Positions 21,748 to 30,915 of a stretch of 64,000 nt of DNA are shown here, piece after piece (within the stretch, counting starts at the first letter, position 1; each line of letters begins with the position of its first letter). Origin of the DNA: Vulcanimicrobiota bacterium (GTDB lineage: Bacteria > Vulcanimicrobiota > Vulcanimicrobiia > Vulcanimicrobiales > Vulcanimicrobiaceae); assembly GCA_963833095.1 (NCBI GenBank), contig CAWHWQ010000001.1, positions 800,001 to 864,000 of the forward strand, read 5' to 3'. The notes below the pieces were generated by a model. The model had not been told where the DNA came from and did not search any database. It saw nothing but the letters and a program-made list of their open reading frames with translations. Position numbers and translations under genes: made by a program.

Positions 21748-22864
21748 CTATACCCCGAACGCGTCGAGCACGGTCTTGCCGACGGTGTCGAGCCCTTCGA
21801 GCTCACCAAGAATCGCGCCCGGCTGCGGTCCGAGATGGACGAACGGAACGTACTCACGGGTATGGTCGCTTCCCGGCGCCGTTGGATCGCAGCCGTGATC
21901 GGCGGTAAAAATCACTTGGTCTTCGGGCCCCATGAGTTGTTCCAGCCGCGGCAAAAGCGCATCGAGCGACTCGAGTGCATCGGCATAGCCGCGTACGTTG
22001 CGACGGTGCCCGTACTTTGAATCGAAATCGTTGAGGTTCGTGAAGATGAATCCATGGTCGACTCGCTCGAGCAGATCGAAGGTCTTCTCCATCGCATCGC
22101 GATTGTCGCTCACCCTTACCGACGATGTGATGCCGTGCCCACAGTAGATATCGCAGATTTTCCCGACGGCGTGCACTTCGACACCGGCGGCGGACAGCCG
22201 ATCGAGGACGCTGGGCGGCGGTTCGATCGCATAGTCGCGCCGATTCGGCGTTCGCGTGAAGGCACCCGGCTTGCCCACGAACGGCCGAGCGATCACTCGG
22301 TTCACGTTGTTCGGCTCAATCAGCATTGCGCGCGCCCGTTCGCACCACTCGTACAGCGTCGTCAGAGGGATCACCTCTTCGTGGGCGGCGACCTGAAACA
22401 CCGAGTCGGCCGAGGTGTAGAGTATCGGCCGCCCTGTCGCGATATGCTCGGGTCCGAGCCGATCGATGATCTCGGTCCCGGATGCGGGCAAGTTTCCTAG
22501 CGGCGCCTTTCCGGTAATTCGCGTAAACGCCTCAATGACGTCGATCCGGAAAGCCGTCAGGATAGGTGGGAAATGGCACGACGGTAATGATTCCCGCCAT
22601 CTCCCAATGACCGGTGATCGTGTCTTTCCCCCGGCTGCGTTCGCGCAGTCGCGCCACGCGTGCCGTGGGGCGCTGCACCGGCGCCACGCCCACCATCGGC
22701 GTGAGGTGACCCAGACCCAGCCGTTCGAACGAAGGCAACGCTAGGCCGCCGACACGCCGGGCAACATTTCCAAGCGTATTCGCACCAGCCGCATCCCCGT
22801 ACTCCGTGAAGTCCGGAAGCGCTCCCACGCCGCCGGAGTCCAAAACAATGGTTACAATTCGCAT
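21748..22864 (-). CDS. deoB: Phosphopentomutase (frameshift near 22540)
   Basis: IVLDSGGVG, GKDTITGHWE, YTSADSVFQ, RVIARPF, TADHGCDPT, HTREYVP. Confidence 0.93.
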
Positions 22865-22954
22865 ATAAGCCAAAAACGGCGTTTCGGCTTACCGGAAACG
22901 CAGTCTTTCCTCAAAAGTATAGGTAGAAACGCCCAATGCATACGTTATACAAGG

Positions 22955-24781
22955 ATGAGAGTCCGCGGGAACTGCGAAAACGGGGTACGCTTGCGATATC
23001 TACCGTTCCTTATTGTTGCCTTAATTCTGTTCGCGCCCACGCCGGGCATTGCGCAGACGAAACCGGCGCCCTCACCGGCGCCAAGGGCGACACCGGCACC
23101 TCCGGCAACCGTGGTCCGGCTACGCGCGGATCACATCGAGTTCTACTACGATCGCTACCTAATCGAGGCGGACGGGCACGTGCAGGTGCAAACAAGCAAC
23201 GGCATGGCCATTAGTGGCGACACCTTTTCGATGGATCTGAAGCTCAATCGCTTCCTTGTGGCGAGCCACGTGCATCTTCGAAGCCGCGGCGGGAACCTCG
23301 ACGGCGCTGCGATCGCCGATCTACTGGATTTCAACCGCATCTATTTCGTGCCCGTCATCAGCAAGCCCGACCGCTGGACCTACGAGAACAGCGACTTCAC
23401 CGACCCGCTCAAAGGCCGGCAGATGCCCGGCGACGTTTTCTACTTTCCCGACGTCAGCAAGACGACCGTGAGCCTCTCGGCAAAGTCGGCGACGATAGAA
23501 GCCAAACAGTTCGTTCGCTTCGCCGGTGTACGCACGTACTTCTTTCATCAAGACGTACCACTTCCGTCTTACTACGTCTACTTCGGCCTAAGCCAAAATC
23601 TCGCACAAAACTCTCTCTCGGGCGCGAATCTTGACGCAACCTGGAACGCGACCGGCAACGCCTACTCGGTGACCGCATTTCACTTGCGGTACGATGCCTT
23701 TAACCATGCCTATGTCGCCTTCGAACAACACCTCGGCGGACTTGGCCAGCACGAGTATGCCGTGTTTTCGATTAACCCGCTTACGAAGGACGACAAATAC
23801 TGGAATCTCGTTACCGGCGAGCATATAGGATCAAAGTTCGAGATATCCACGTTCACGCAGCTCTATACGTACCAGCATTGGTTTTCCGATCCCAGCGCAT
23901 CCGCGCAGACGACCTACGTTACCATGACACAAGCGCTTAACCGGTCATATCTGCAAGCCTACTTCAACCAAACGAACTACAACATGATCGGCCCGAAAGC
24001 TGCGGCCTCTCCAAATCACCCGAATTCGCTGCAACTCAGCGCCAACTCATACAATGATCAGATATTCAAAACGCCGCTGTATTTTCAGACTAGCTTTGGG
24101 CTTGGCTTCAATCATGACGCCTATGGGCTTCAGAACTACAACGGGGTTCTCTACACCACCATCTGGAATCAGGTCGTAGGCGTCACCGTGTCGCTGCCCA
24201 ATGTCAAAATTGGGGACCGCGACAAGCCCTATGATCTCTACTACGTTAATGCATCCATCAATTCGTCGCGTACGTGGAACAGCGTTCCCCATCACATCAA
24301 CTCCCAGAACACGACCATAAGCCTCAGCCGCCAATTCTCGAAGTTCGTGAACAGCTATCTTGCTTACAATATCCAAAACACGAGCGACCTGTACTTGCAA
24401 GGCGGGTACGAATCGTCGGCACCGCTTCTGCCAGACGGCACGCCGTATACGCCGTTCGAATCGTTTCGCGGCGCGGCTACACAGCGCACCCTCGCACTTG
24501 GCACCACGTACTCGGCCTCACCCAATTTGGTGACGACTGTGACCTTTGGACATCACGACGATTTTCCGGCGGCCTACCCCGGATTATTCGCTCCCCCTCC
24601 CACAAACGCGATCGGCCAATACACGTACACGAACTACCTCGGGCAGCCGCCGTGGCAACTCAACGCCGAGGTGCGGGTACGGATCGAACCTCATCTCGTG
24701 CTCGATTTGCAGCGCACATATTACTTCCACTTCGGAAGCCAGATTTGGAGCCCGACCTTCGTGGTACAGTTGAGCGGATGA
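22955..24781 (+). CDS. Putative LptD/OstA-like outer-membrane beta-barrel protein
   Basis: Signal peptide, Pro/Ala/Thr linker, OstA-like segment (LRADHIEF...IEADGHVQV), then Tyr/Asn/Ser-rich amphipathic strands; start may be TTG 22991. Confidence 0.5.
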   Translation: MRVRGNCENGVRLRYLPFLIVALILFAPTPGIAQTKPAPSPAPRATPAPPATVVRLRADHIEFYYDRYLIEADGHVQVQTSNGMAISGDTFSMDLKLNRFLVASHVHLRSRGGNLDGAAIADLLDFNRIYFVPVISKPDRWTYENSDFTDPLKGRQMPGDVFYFPDVSKTTVSLSAKSATIEAKQFVRFAGVRTYFFHQDVPLPSYYVYFGLSQNLAQNSLSGANLDATWNATGNAYSVTAFHLRYDAFNHAYVAFEQHLGGLGQHEYAVFSINPLTKDDKYWNLVTGEHIGSKFEISTFTQLYTYQHWFSDPSASAQTTYVTMTQALNRSYLQAYFNQTNYNMIGPKAAASPNHPNSLQLSANSYNDQIFKTPLYFQTSFGLGFNHDAYGLQNYNGVLYTTIWNQVVGVTVSLPNVKIGDRDKPYDLYYVNASINSSRTWNSVPHHINSQNTTISLSRQFSKFVNSYLAYNIQNTSDLYLQGGYESSAPLLPDGTPYTPFESFRGAATQRTLALGTTYSASPNLVTTVTFGHHDDFPAAYPGLFAPPPTNAIGQYTYTNYLGQPPWQLNAEVRVRIEPHLVLDLQRTYYFHFGSQIWSPTFVVQLSG

Positions 24782-25593
24782 TGAGGATGCGCCATCGTCT
24801 GAGTTCCCTTCTGTGCATACTGATTCTCATCGCGGCTGCTGCCCCCGTTACGATTACCGGGCAACTGCTCGCCTATCAGGACGGATTCGTCTTTTTCACG
24901 ACCGGCGACGGCTTTCGTCTTGCGCCCGACGTCACTATTCTCGACGACCGGACGAAGCAGCCCGCAAAGCGCGCTCCAAAGCCGCGCGACTACGCGCGCG
25001 CCGTCTTTAACGATGCGGGCCAAGTCGTGGAGATCGATCTCGCCGAAAAGCCATATCCCGTCGGGCCGTTGCCGGACGACGCGCAAGCCTTTGCCGTCAC
25101 GGCGTCGTCGCCGTATCCGAATCCCGAGCTGGCCGGACCTCCGCGCACCACCTCGAACGGTGTACCCGAGACGTTCAGCGGAAAGCTCGTGCTGGTCAAG
25201 TTCGAGGTGCAAGTACCGCCGACCACGCCGATCAACGCCGAGATCTTCATCGCGACGGACCAATCCGGCTGGAATCCACAGGCGATCCAAATGCAACGCA
25301 TTGACGCATTGCACTTCGTGGTTGTCCGGGAAATGGCGTCGGGTACGATTCTCCATTATCTGTATACGCGTGGAACGCTGCAAACCGAGGAGACGGGGCC
25401 CAACGGACTTTCGCTTCGGCCGCGCGCGTTGTCTGTCAACGATTCCGACACCAACTCGACCAACAGCATCGTAGCGTCGTGGGCCGACGCGAATGCAAAC
25501 AATATCCTCCAACAGCCCTCGGTCTTCCCGACGCCCTATAATCCGGCACCGTTCCCGAACCTCCCGAACGGAACGCGGACCCCTCACCCCTAG
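24778..25593 (+). CDS. Secreted hypothetical protein with CBM20-like domain
   Basis: Signal peptide; VKFEVQVPPTTP..IFI...GWNP....M.R...HYLYTRG resembles the CBM20 pattern. Confidence 0.55.
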   Translation: MMRMRHRLSSLLCILILIAAAAPVTITGQLLAYQDGFVFFTTGDGFRLAPDVTILDDRTKQPAKRAPKPRDYARAVFNDAGQVVEIDLAEKPYPVGPLPDDAQAFAVTASSPYPNPELAGPPRTTSNGVPETFSGKLVLVKFEVQVPPTTPINAEIFIATDQSGWNPQAIQMQRIDALHFVVVREMASGTILHYLYTRGTLQTEETGPNGLSLRPRALSVNDSDTNSTNSIVASWADANANNILQQPSVFPTPYNPAPFPNLPNGTRTPHP

Positions 25594-25599
25594 AACCAT

Positions 25600-26136
25600 C
25601 TACTGCACGGTAATTGGGATCACGCGCTCGACGGCTACGCCGGCGGTGTTGCGCGCCACCAGCGTCATCGGATACGTGCCACGCACGAAGAACGGAACGT
25701 TCGGCACAACGTAGTTGAGGGCAAAACGGCCGACCCCGACCTTCGGCACGCTGATGGAAAACGTTGCGATTCGAGCTTCGACGCTTGCGACGTTCGAAGA
25801 GGTCACGACCGTGCCGGAAATCGTATCGCCTGAATGCACGGTCTGGTTGTTGATGTGCACCGCCACGATGAGCGGTGCCGCATTTGGCGACGCCGTAACA
25901 ATGGGTTCGAGCGAGGGCGTCGGCGACGGTTGGGGCGACGGCGTTACGGCAATGCGCGTCGGGGCGGCGCTCGGCGCGCCGGCGGGCGGCGCGGGCGTAC
26001 GCTGTGTGGCGTGTAGTGGCGTTGGTGTGACTGCCGGGCCCGCAGTGAGCGCCGCGCGTGGGGCCGGCGCATGGTTCGCGCATGCCGCGAGCGCCACAAG
26101 AAAGGCTGCGGCTGCTAATGCCGAGAGTCGCTTCAT
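25600..26136 (-). CDS. Lipoprotein with Pro/Thr/Ala-rich linker
   Basis: MKRLS...LAAC lipobox; long PTPA/SPTPS tract followed by a small beta domain. Confidence 0.75.
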   Translation of the reverse strand: MKRLSALAAAAFLVALAACANHAPAPRAALTAGPAVTPTPLHATQRTPAPPAGAPSAAPTRIAVTPSPQPSPTPSLEPIVTASPNAAPLIVAVHINNQTVHSGDTISGTVVTSSNVASVEARIATFSISVPKVGVGRFALNYVVPNVPFFVRGTYPMTLVARNTAGVAVERVIPITVQ

Positions 26137-26175
26137 TTTAGAGGTGATTCTCGCTCGCGTCGAACCTCTCCGGTC

Positions 26176-27117
26176 ATGCCGGTTCTCAGCATCGTCGTTC
26201 CGCTGTACAACGAGGAAGGCAACGTTGCCCCTCTCGTCGAGCGCATCATTGCGATTGCCGAGCGTTTGGAAGGCGGTCCTTCCTATGAGATCGTCCTGGT
26301 AAACGACGGCAGCACCGATCGCACGCTCGAACGCATTCGCGATGAGTTGGCGCGACGCGAGCATATCGTCATGGTCAACCTCTCGCGCAATTTCGGTCAT
26401 CAGCTCGCGGCCTCGGCGGGCATGGACATCGCTGCCGGCGACGCGGTGATCTTGATGGACGGCGATCTCCAAGACCCACCCGAGCTTATCGCGGAGTTTG
26501 TCGCGAAATGGCGCGAAGGCTACGACGTCGTGTACGCCGTTCGGCGCACGCGCAAGGGTGAGAGCCCTTTCAAGTTGTTTACGGCCCGGCTCTTCTACCG
26601 GGTCATCAAACGCCTCACCAAAGTTTCGATTCCGGTCGACACGGGCGATTTTCGTCTCATGAGCCGGCGCGTGGTCGAGGCGCTCAAGCGATCGCCCGAA
26701 CGTCACCGATTCCTTCGCGGCATGGTGAGCTGGGTTGGTTACAATCAAGTCGGCATCGACTACGACCGCGATGAGCGCCACTCGGGCAGTACGAAGTATC
26801 CCGTAACGAAGATGCTGCGCTTTGCCATCGACGGCATCACGTCGTTTTCGGATGTGCCGCTGCGCTTTGCATCGTATCTCGGTTTTATCTCCAGCGCCGT
26901 CGCATTTCTGTATGCGCTGGTCGTCATCGCCTACAAGCTTTTTAGCCTCAATCCCCCGGGCTACACGCCGGGTTGGGCGTCAACGATCGTTGCCGTCCTG
27001 TTCTTGGGCGGCGTGCAGTTGATCAGCTTGGGAATTCTGGGCGAATATATCGGGCGCATCTACGACGAAGTCAAAGGTCGCCCACTGTATCTGATCAGCG
27101 ACGTCGAGCGCAGTTAA
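26176..27117 (+). CDS. GT2 bactoprenol glycosyltransferase (GtrB/YkoT-like)
   Basis: LSRNFGHQ, MDGDLQDPPE, GDFRLMSR, two C-terminal TMs, GEYIGRIYDEVKGRP. Confidence 0.93.
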   Translation: MPVLSIVVPLYNEEGNVAPLVERIIAIAERLEGGPSYEIVLVNDGSTDRTLERIRDELARREHIVMVNLSRNFGHQLAASAGMDIAAGDAVILMDGDLQDPPELIAEFVAKWREGYDVVYAVRRTRKGESPFKLFTARLFYRVIKRLTKVSIPVDTGDFRLMSRRVVEALKRSPERHRFLRGMVSWVGYNQVGIDYDRDERHSGSTKYPVTKMLRFAIDGITSFSDVPLRFASYLGFISSAVAFLYALVVIAYKLFSLNPPGYTPGWASTIVAVLFLGGVQLISLGILGEYIGRIYDEVKGRPLYLISDVERS

Positions 27118-28322
27118 GCGATATCAAACGCCCCAACAACCGACGCCGCGTCGACGCCGTCACCAAAGACCTCGGCTAGCACGTCATTGTTCGCCACGTG
27201 GTCGCCTATTCGCGCATGCAGGCGTAAGCCGGCCCGCGAATTTACGGCGGTCAGCCTGCGCGCGATGTGTCCCAAGTGCACCGCATCGATGGCGCGCACG
27301 ACGCCGCCTGCCCGAGCGCGCACGAGTTCCACGCGTGAATCGGGCGCAAGCGCCTCAAGTGCAGCACGACTTCCGCCCTGCGCTTCGATCATCTCGACGA
27401 ATTTCGCATAGGCGCTTCCATCCTCGAGCGCACGCGGGGCTTGCGCTTGCGCGTCAGCAACGCCGCCTAGCTCGAGCATCGCAGCGGCGATCTGGAGGCA
27501 ACCCGCGCGTGCACGCTCGTCGCCCGCGCCGCCACGCAACATGTCCCGCGCTTCTGCGACCTCGATTCCGGTGCCGATACACTGCGCCAGCGGTTCGTTC
27601 ATATCACTCACGATCGCGCGAGCCTTACGTCCAAACTGTTCGGAGATTCCGACCAGCATCTGCGCCAGCGCCTGCGCTTGCTCCAAATCGCGCATAAACG
27701 CCGCACTTCCGCATTTCACGTCGAAGACGAACGCATTCGCGCCGCCGGCAACCTTTTTGGAAACGATCGAAGCGGCAATCAAGCCGATGCTGGGCACGGT
27801 AGCGGTGCGATCGCGCAGATGGTAGAGCCGCTTATCGGCTGGAACGAACGCGTCGCTTTGGGCCGCGATCGCGCAGCCGACGCGCTCGACTTGGCGAACG
27901 AAATCGTCCATCGAGGGCGTAGCGTTGAATCCGTCGATCGCTTCGAGCTTATCGATCGTGCCGCCGGTGTGTCCCAAGGCGCGCCCTGAGAGCTTGGCGA
28001 CGCGCACACCGCAGGCCGCGACAAGCGGCACGGCAACCAACGAGACGATGTCGCTCACCCCGCCGCTGGAATGTTTGTCCACGACGAACATGCCGTCGGG
28101 ATAGCGCAGCGTCGCGCCGCTTCCCACCATCGCGCGCGTCAACGCGGCGGACTCGTTTTCATCCAAACCGCGCCACACGCAGGCCATGGCGAGCGCCGCC
28201 ATCTGCGCATCGTCGACATCACCGCTCACATAGGCGGCGATGATGCCTTCCCAAACGGAAGCTTCTAACGTCGCGCCATCGCGTTTGCGCTCGATGGCCC
28301 GCCGCATAGAGAGTTCATCCAT
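27114..28322 (-). CDS. pdp: Pyrimidine-nucleoside/thymidine phosphorylase
   Basis: DKHSSGGV, KLSGRALGHTGGTIDKLE, LRDRTATV, SIVSKK. Confidence 0.93.
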   Translation of the reverse strand: MDELSMRRAIERKRDGATLEASVWEGIIAAYVSGDVDDAQMAALAMACVWRGLDENESAALTRAMVGSGATLRYPDGMFVVDKHSSGGVSDIVSLVAVPLVAACGVRVAKLSGRALGHTGGTIDKLEAIDGFNATPSMDDFVRQVERVGCAIAAQSDAFVPADKRLYHLRDRTATVPSIGLIAASIVSKKVAGGANAFVFDVKCGSAAFMRDLEQAQALAQMLVGISEQFGRKARAIVSDMNEPLAQCIGTGIEVAEARDMLRGGAGDERARAGCLQIAAAMLELGGVADAQAQAPRALEDGSAYAKFVEMIEAQGGSRAALEALAPDSRVELVRARAGGVVRAIDAVHLGHIARRLTAVNSRAGLRLHARIGDHVANNDVLAEVFGDGVDAASVVGAFDIA

Positions 28323-28359
28323 TGCAGTGGCTCTTCGCTGTCGCCGCGAAAAGCGCTGC

Positions 28360-29652
28360 GTGCCATATCAACCCGTCGTCGAGCATTTCGCGGCCGTACC
28401 TGCGCTCGATCCGCCATGGCTCATCCTCTTTACCGTACTTTTTGCGGGATGTGCGCTGCTCACACTTCGGCGCCCAGGTTTTGGCGCGGCGCTCCTGGTC
28501 TTTATGACACCGTTTGCTGGCGCGCACGCGATCTGGGGAACCACGGTCACCGCGCCAAAGGTCGCGCTCATCGGCGTCATCGTAGGGCTGCTGAGCGCTC
28601 CCGGCGCCTGGAACGCTCTGCGGCGTAAGCCGGTCGCCCCCGTCGCGCTCGCATTCTGCGCGATAATCTTTGCGAATGCGTTGACACTCCCGGTTGCCAT
28701 GCATCGTCTCGAGGTCGTACGGGAAACCTTGAAGTGGACCGAATACCTTGGTCTCTTTTGCGCGGTGTTCATCGCCTACGCACTCGACCCGTTGCCGCGA
28801 ACTGTCCGCAGCGCGCTCTTTATTTCCTTTGCAGTCGCAGCCTGCAGCGCGTTTCTCGAACTTGCGACGGGCGCCGCATCGGGGCTCGCGCTCGGCGCGA
28901 CCGTCGTTCCACGAATCGCCGGAGTGCTCGAAGGTCCCAATCAATTCGGCGGCTACCTCGAAGCGGCTATCGCCGCCATCGGCGCGTGGCAGATACGAGC
29001 CTCGCAACGGACCCGCATGCTTCTGCTCGCGCTCGCGGGGGTGGCGCTCGCGCTCACGTTTTCGCGCGCGGCGTTCATTGGCGCCCTGCTCATCGTCGTG
29101 GTCTTCGCGATTATCGAGCGCAAGCGCGCGTTCGCGCTCTGGCCGCTCGGGCTCGGATTGGCCGCCGGCTATGGCAACGACATTGCGTGGGCGCTGCGCG
29201 CACATGTGCCATGGGAAAACATCTTTACGCGCGAGAGCGATGTGGATGCCGCGGTTTCGGGCGGCGTCGGTGATCGCAGCGAGTTGTGGCGCGCCGCGCG
29301 ATTCTTTTTCTTTCATCATCCGATCCTGGGAATCGGCGCGGGCAACTATGAGCTCGAACTGACGCAAGCCGGGCTGCCCGGCGTGCGTACACAGGCTAAC
29401 AATTGGTATCTTCAGGCGGCTGCTGAAGGCGGCGTGGTCCTGCTCGGTGCAACGATCGCGTGGATCGTAACCGTCGTGGGCGCGCTCGTCACCCGGGTGC
29501 GCCGTTCCCCATGGGCGCTCGCGGCCTTGGGCGCATCAGTGGCTTTCATCGTCCACGGATTCTTCGACGATCTGGTCTTCTATCCAAAGGTTGCCGAAGC
29601 GTGGATCGCGCTTATCGCGTTGGGCATCGCCGATTCGGGCGCGCGCGATTGA
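28360..29652 (+). CDS. O-antigen ligase/Wzy_C family membrane protein
   Basis: Multi-TM; GPNQFGG, LTFSRA, HPILGIGAGNY, ANNWYLQ..AEGG. Confidence 0.8.
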   Translation: MPYQPVVEHFAAVPALDPPWLILFTVLFAGCALLTLRRPGFGAALLVFMTPFAGAHAIWGTTVTAPKVALIGVIVGLLSAPGAWNALRRKPVAPVALAFCAIIFANALTLPVAMHRLEVVRETLKWTEYLGLFCAVFIAYALDPLPRTVRSALFISFAVAACSAFLELATGAASGLALGATVVPRIAGVLEGPNQFGGYLEAAIAAIGAWQIRASQRTRMLLLALAGVALALTFSRAAFIGALLIVVVFAIIERKRAFALWPLGLGLAAGYGNDIAWALRAHVPWENIFTRESDVDAAVSGGVGDRSELWRAARFFFFHHPILGIGAGNYELELTQAGLPGVRTQANNWYLQAAAEGGVVLLGATIAWIVTVVGALVTRVRRSPWALAALGASVAFIVHGFFDDLVFYPKVAEAWIALIALGIADSGARD

Positions 29653-30905
29653 AAACACTCGGCCTTGCGCTGATCGTCGCCGCCGGCGCGATCGTTTCGC
29701 GGGTTGTGCTTGCGCATGTACCCGCGCGCTTCGCCGTCGACCTCGCGCAGCCGCTGCCGATCGCGACGAACTGGGGCATCGACGGCGCCTGGCTTTGGCT
29801 CGTTCTGGCCGCGACACTCGGCGCCGTGTTTATCGTGTACCTGGCGCAACTACGAGCGCCGCTTTCGCTCGCTCGCACGCTGCTCGCCTCGTCGCTCGCG
29901 CTGCTGGCCGGACTGTTGTGGCTTCCGCTCTTTTCGAGCGATGTCTATGCGTATGCCGCCTACGGTGAGATGGCGCGCCTGGATTTGAATCCCTACATTC
30001 ATCACGCGCATCTCGCAGCGGGCGGCGACGCCTTGATCGCCGCGGCAAATTGGCAGTGGCGACCGGTGCTCGTCCCGATCTGCGTTTACGGCGAAACGTT
30101 TGTCGCGCTTGCGCGCCTGCTGGTAACCGTGCTGCACGGATTCGACACCGTCGCGGTGCTGACGAGTTTTCGCGTCCTTTCGTGCACGGCGCTGGTGCTG
30201 TGCGGGTATCTCGCCGGACTTTTGGGAGGGGCTCGCGCGGCAACCTTCATCGCGTGCAATCCGGTCGCGCTGTTCGCCGCAATCGAAGGACACAACGATA
30301 CGTTGATGGCGGCCGCTGTGCTGTTCGGTATCGTGGTCGCGCGTCGCGCGCCCGCAATCGGCGCAACGATCGTCGCGCTGGCAGCGTCGATCAAACTGCC
30401 CGCGCTGGCCGCTTCGGTCGCGCTTGCATTCGATCGGATCCTCGAGCGACGCGACGCGCGAGCCGTTCTCGGCGGAACGGTCGTCGGCTTGGCGATCGTC
30501 GCGGCCGCATCGCGCGCGCTTATCGAGGGCGTCCGCTCGGATCTGGCGCCACACGGTCAGTACGCCGCGTTCGCATCCATTCAAGAACTCGGCATCCCAG
30601 TCGCGGCGCTTGCCGCCCTGTTCGTGCTGACCCGCGTGCGCGCGATGACGACGCCGATCGACCGTTGGTGCATGCTTGCCTTGGCAGCCTGGATTGCAAT
30701 TCCCAACCCGTACCCGTGGTACGCGCTATGGTTGCTCCCGTTGGCTGCATTCGCTCACGACCGGCGCGTCGACGACGACGTACTGACCGTAACGGGCGCG
30801 GCCTTGCTTCGCTATCTGCCCGACGCGGCCGCGGTTCCCATCGGTGCCGAGTCGTTCGCGCTCGGCGCTCTTGCGCTAACCGCATACGCACCGCTCGTGT
30901 TATAA
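29649..30905 (+). CDS. Polyprenol-phosphomannose-dependent mannosyltransferase-like GT-C (MptA/MptB-like)
   Basis: PLFSSDVYAYAAYG...NPY, CNPV...EGHND, K.P, PYPWY motifs; multi-TM. Confidence 0.7.
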   Translation: MKTLGLALIVAAGAIVSRVVLAHVPARFAVDLAQPLPIATNWGIDGAWLWLVLAATLGAVFIVYLAQLRAPLSLARTLLASSLALLAGLLWLPLFSSDVYAYAAYGEMARLDLNPYIHHAHLAAGGDALIAAANWQWRPVLVPICVYGETFVALARLLVTVLHGFDTVAVLTSFRVLSCTALVLCGYLAGLLGGARAATFIACNPVALFAAIEGHNDTLMAAAVLFGIVVARRAPAIGATIVALAASIKLPALAASVALAFDRILERRDARAVLGGTVVGLAIVAAASRALIEGVRSDLAPHGQYAAFASIQELGIPVAALAALFVLTRVRAMTTPIDRWCMLALAAWIAIPNPYPWYALWLLPLAAFAHDRRVDDDVLTVTGAALLRYLPDAAAVPIGAESFALGALALTAYAPLVL

Positions 30906-30906
30906 T
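30898..30906 (+). promoter_or_regulatory. Extended -10 element TGnTATAAT upstream of mfd
   Basis: Exact TGTTATAAT ending 9 nt before the GTG start; no Shine-Dalgarno in between. Confidence 0.6.
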
Positions 30907-30915
30907 CAGCGGCCC

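Noticed and set aside
18330..22864. Pseudogenes or programmed frameshifts in degT, murJ and deoB (also prsA, MATE, tgt, ileS)
   Set aside because: Motifs are intact, I saw no slippery sites, and essential genes are affected; sequencing indels are more parsimonious
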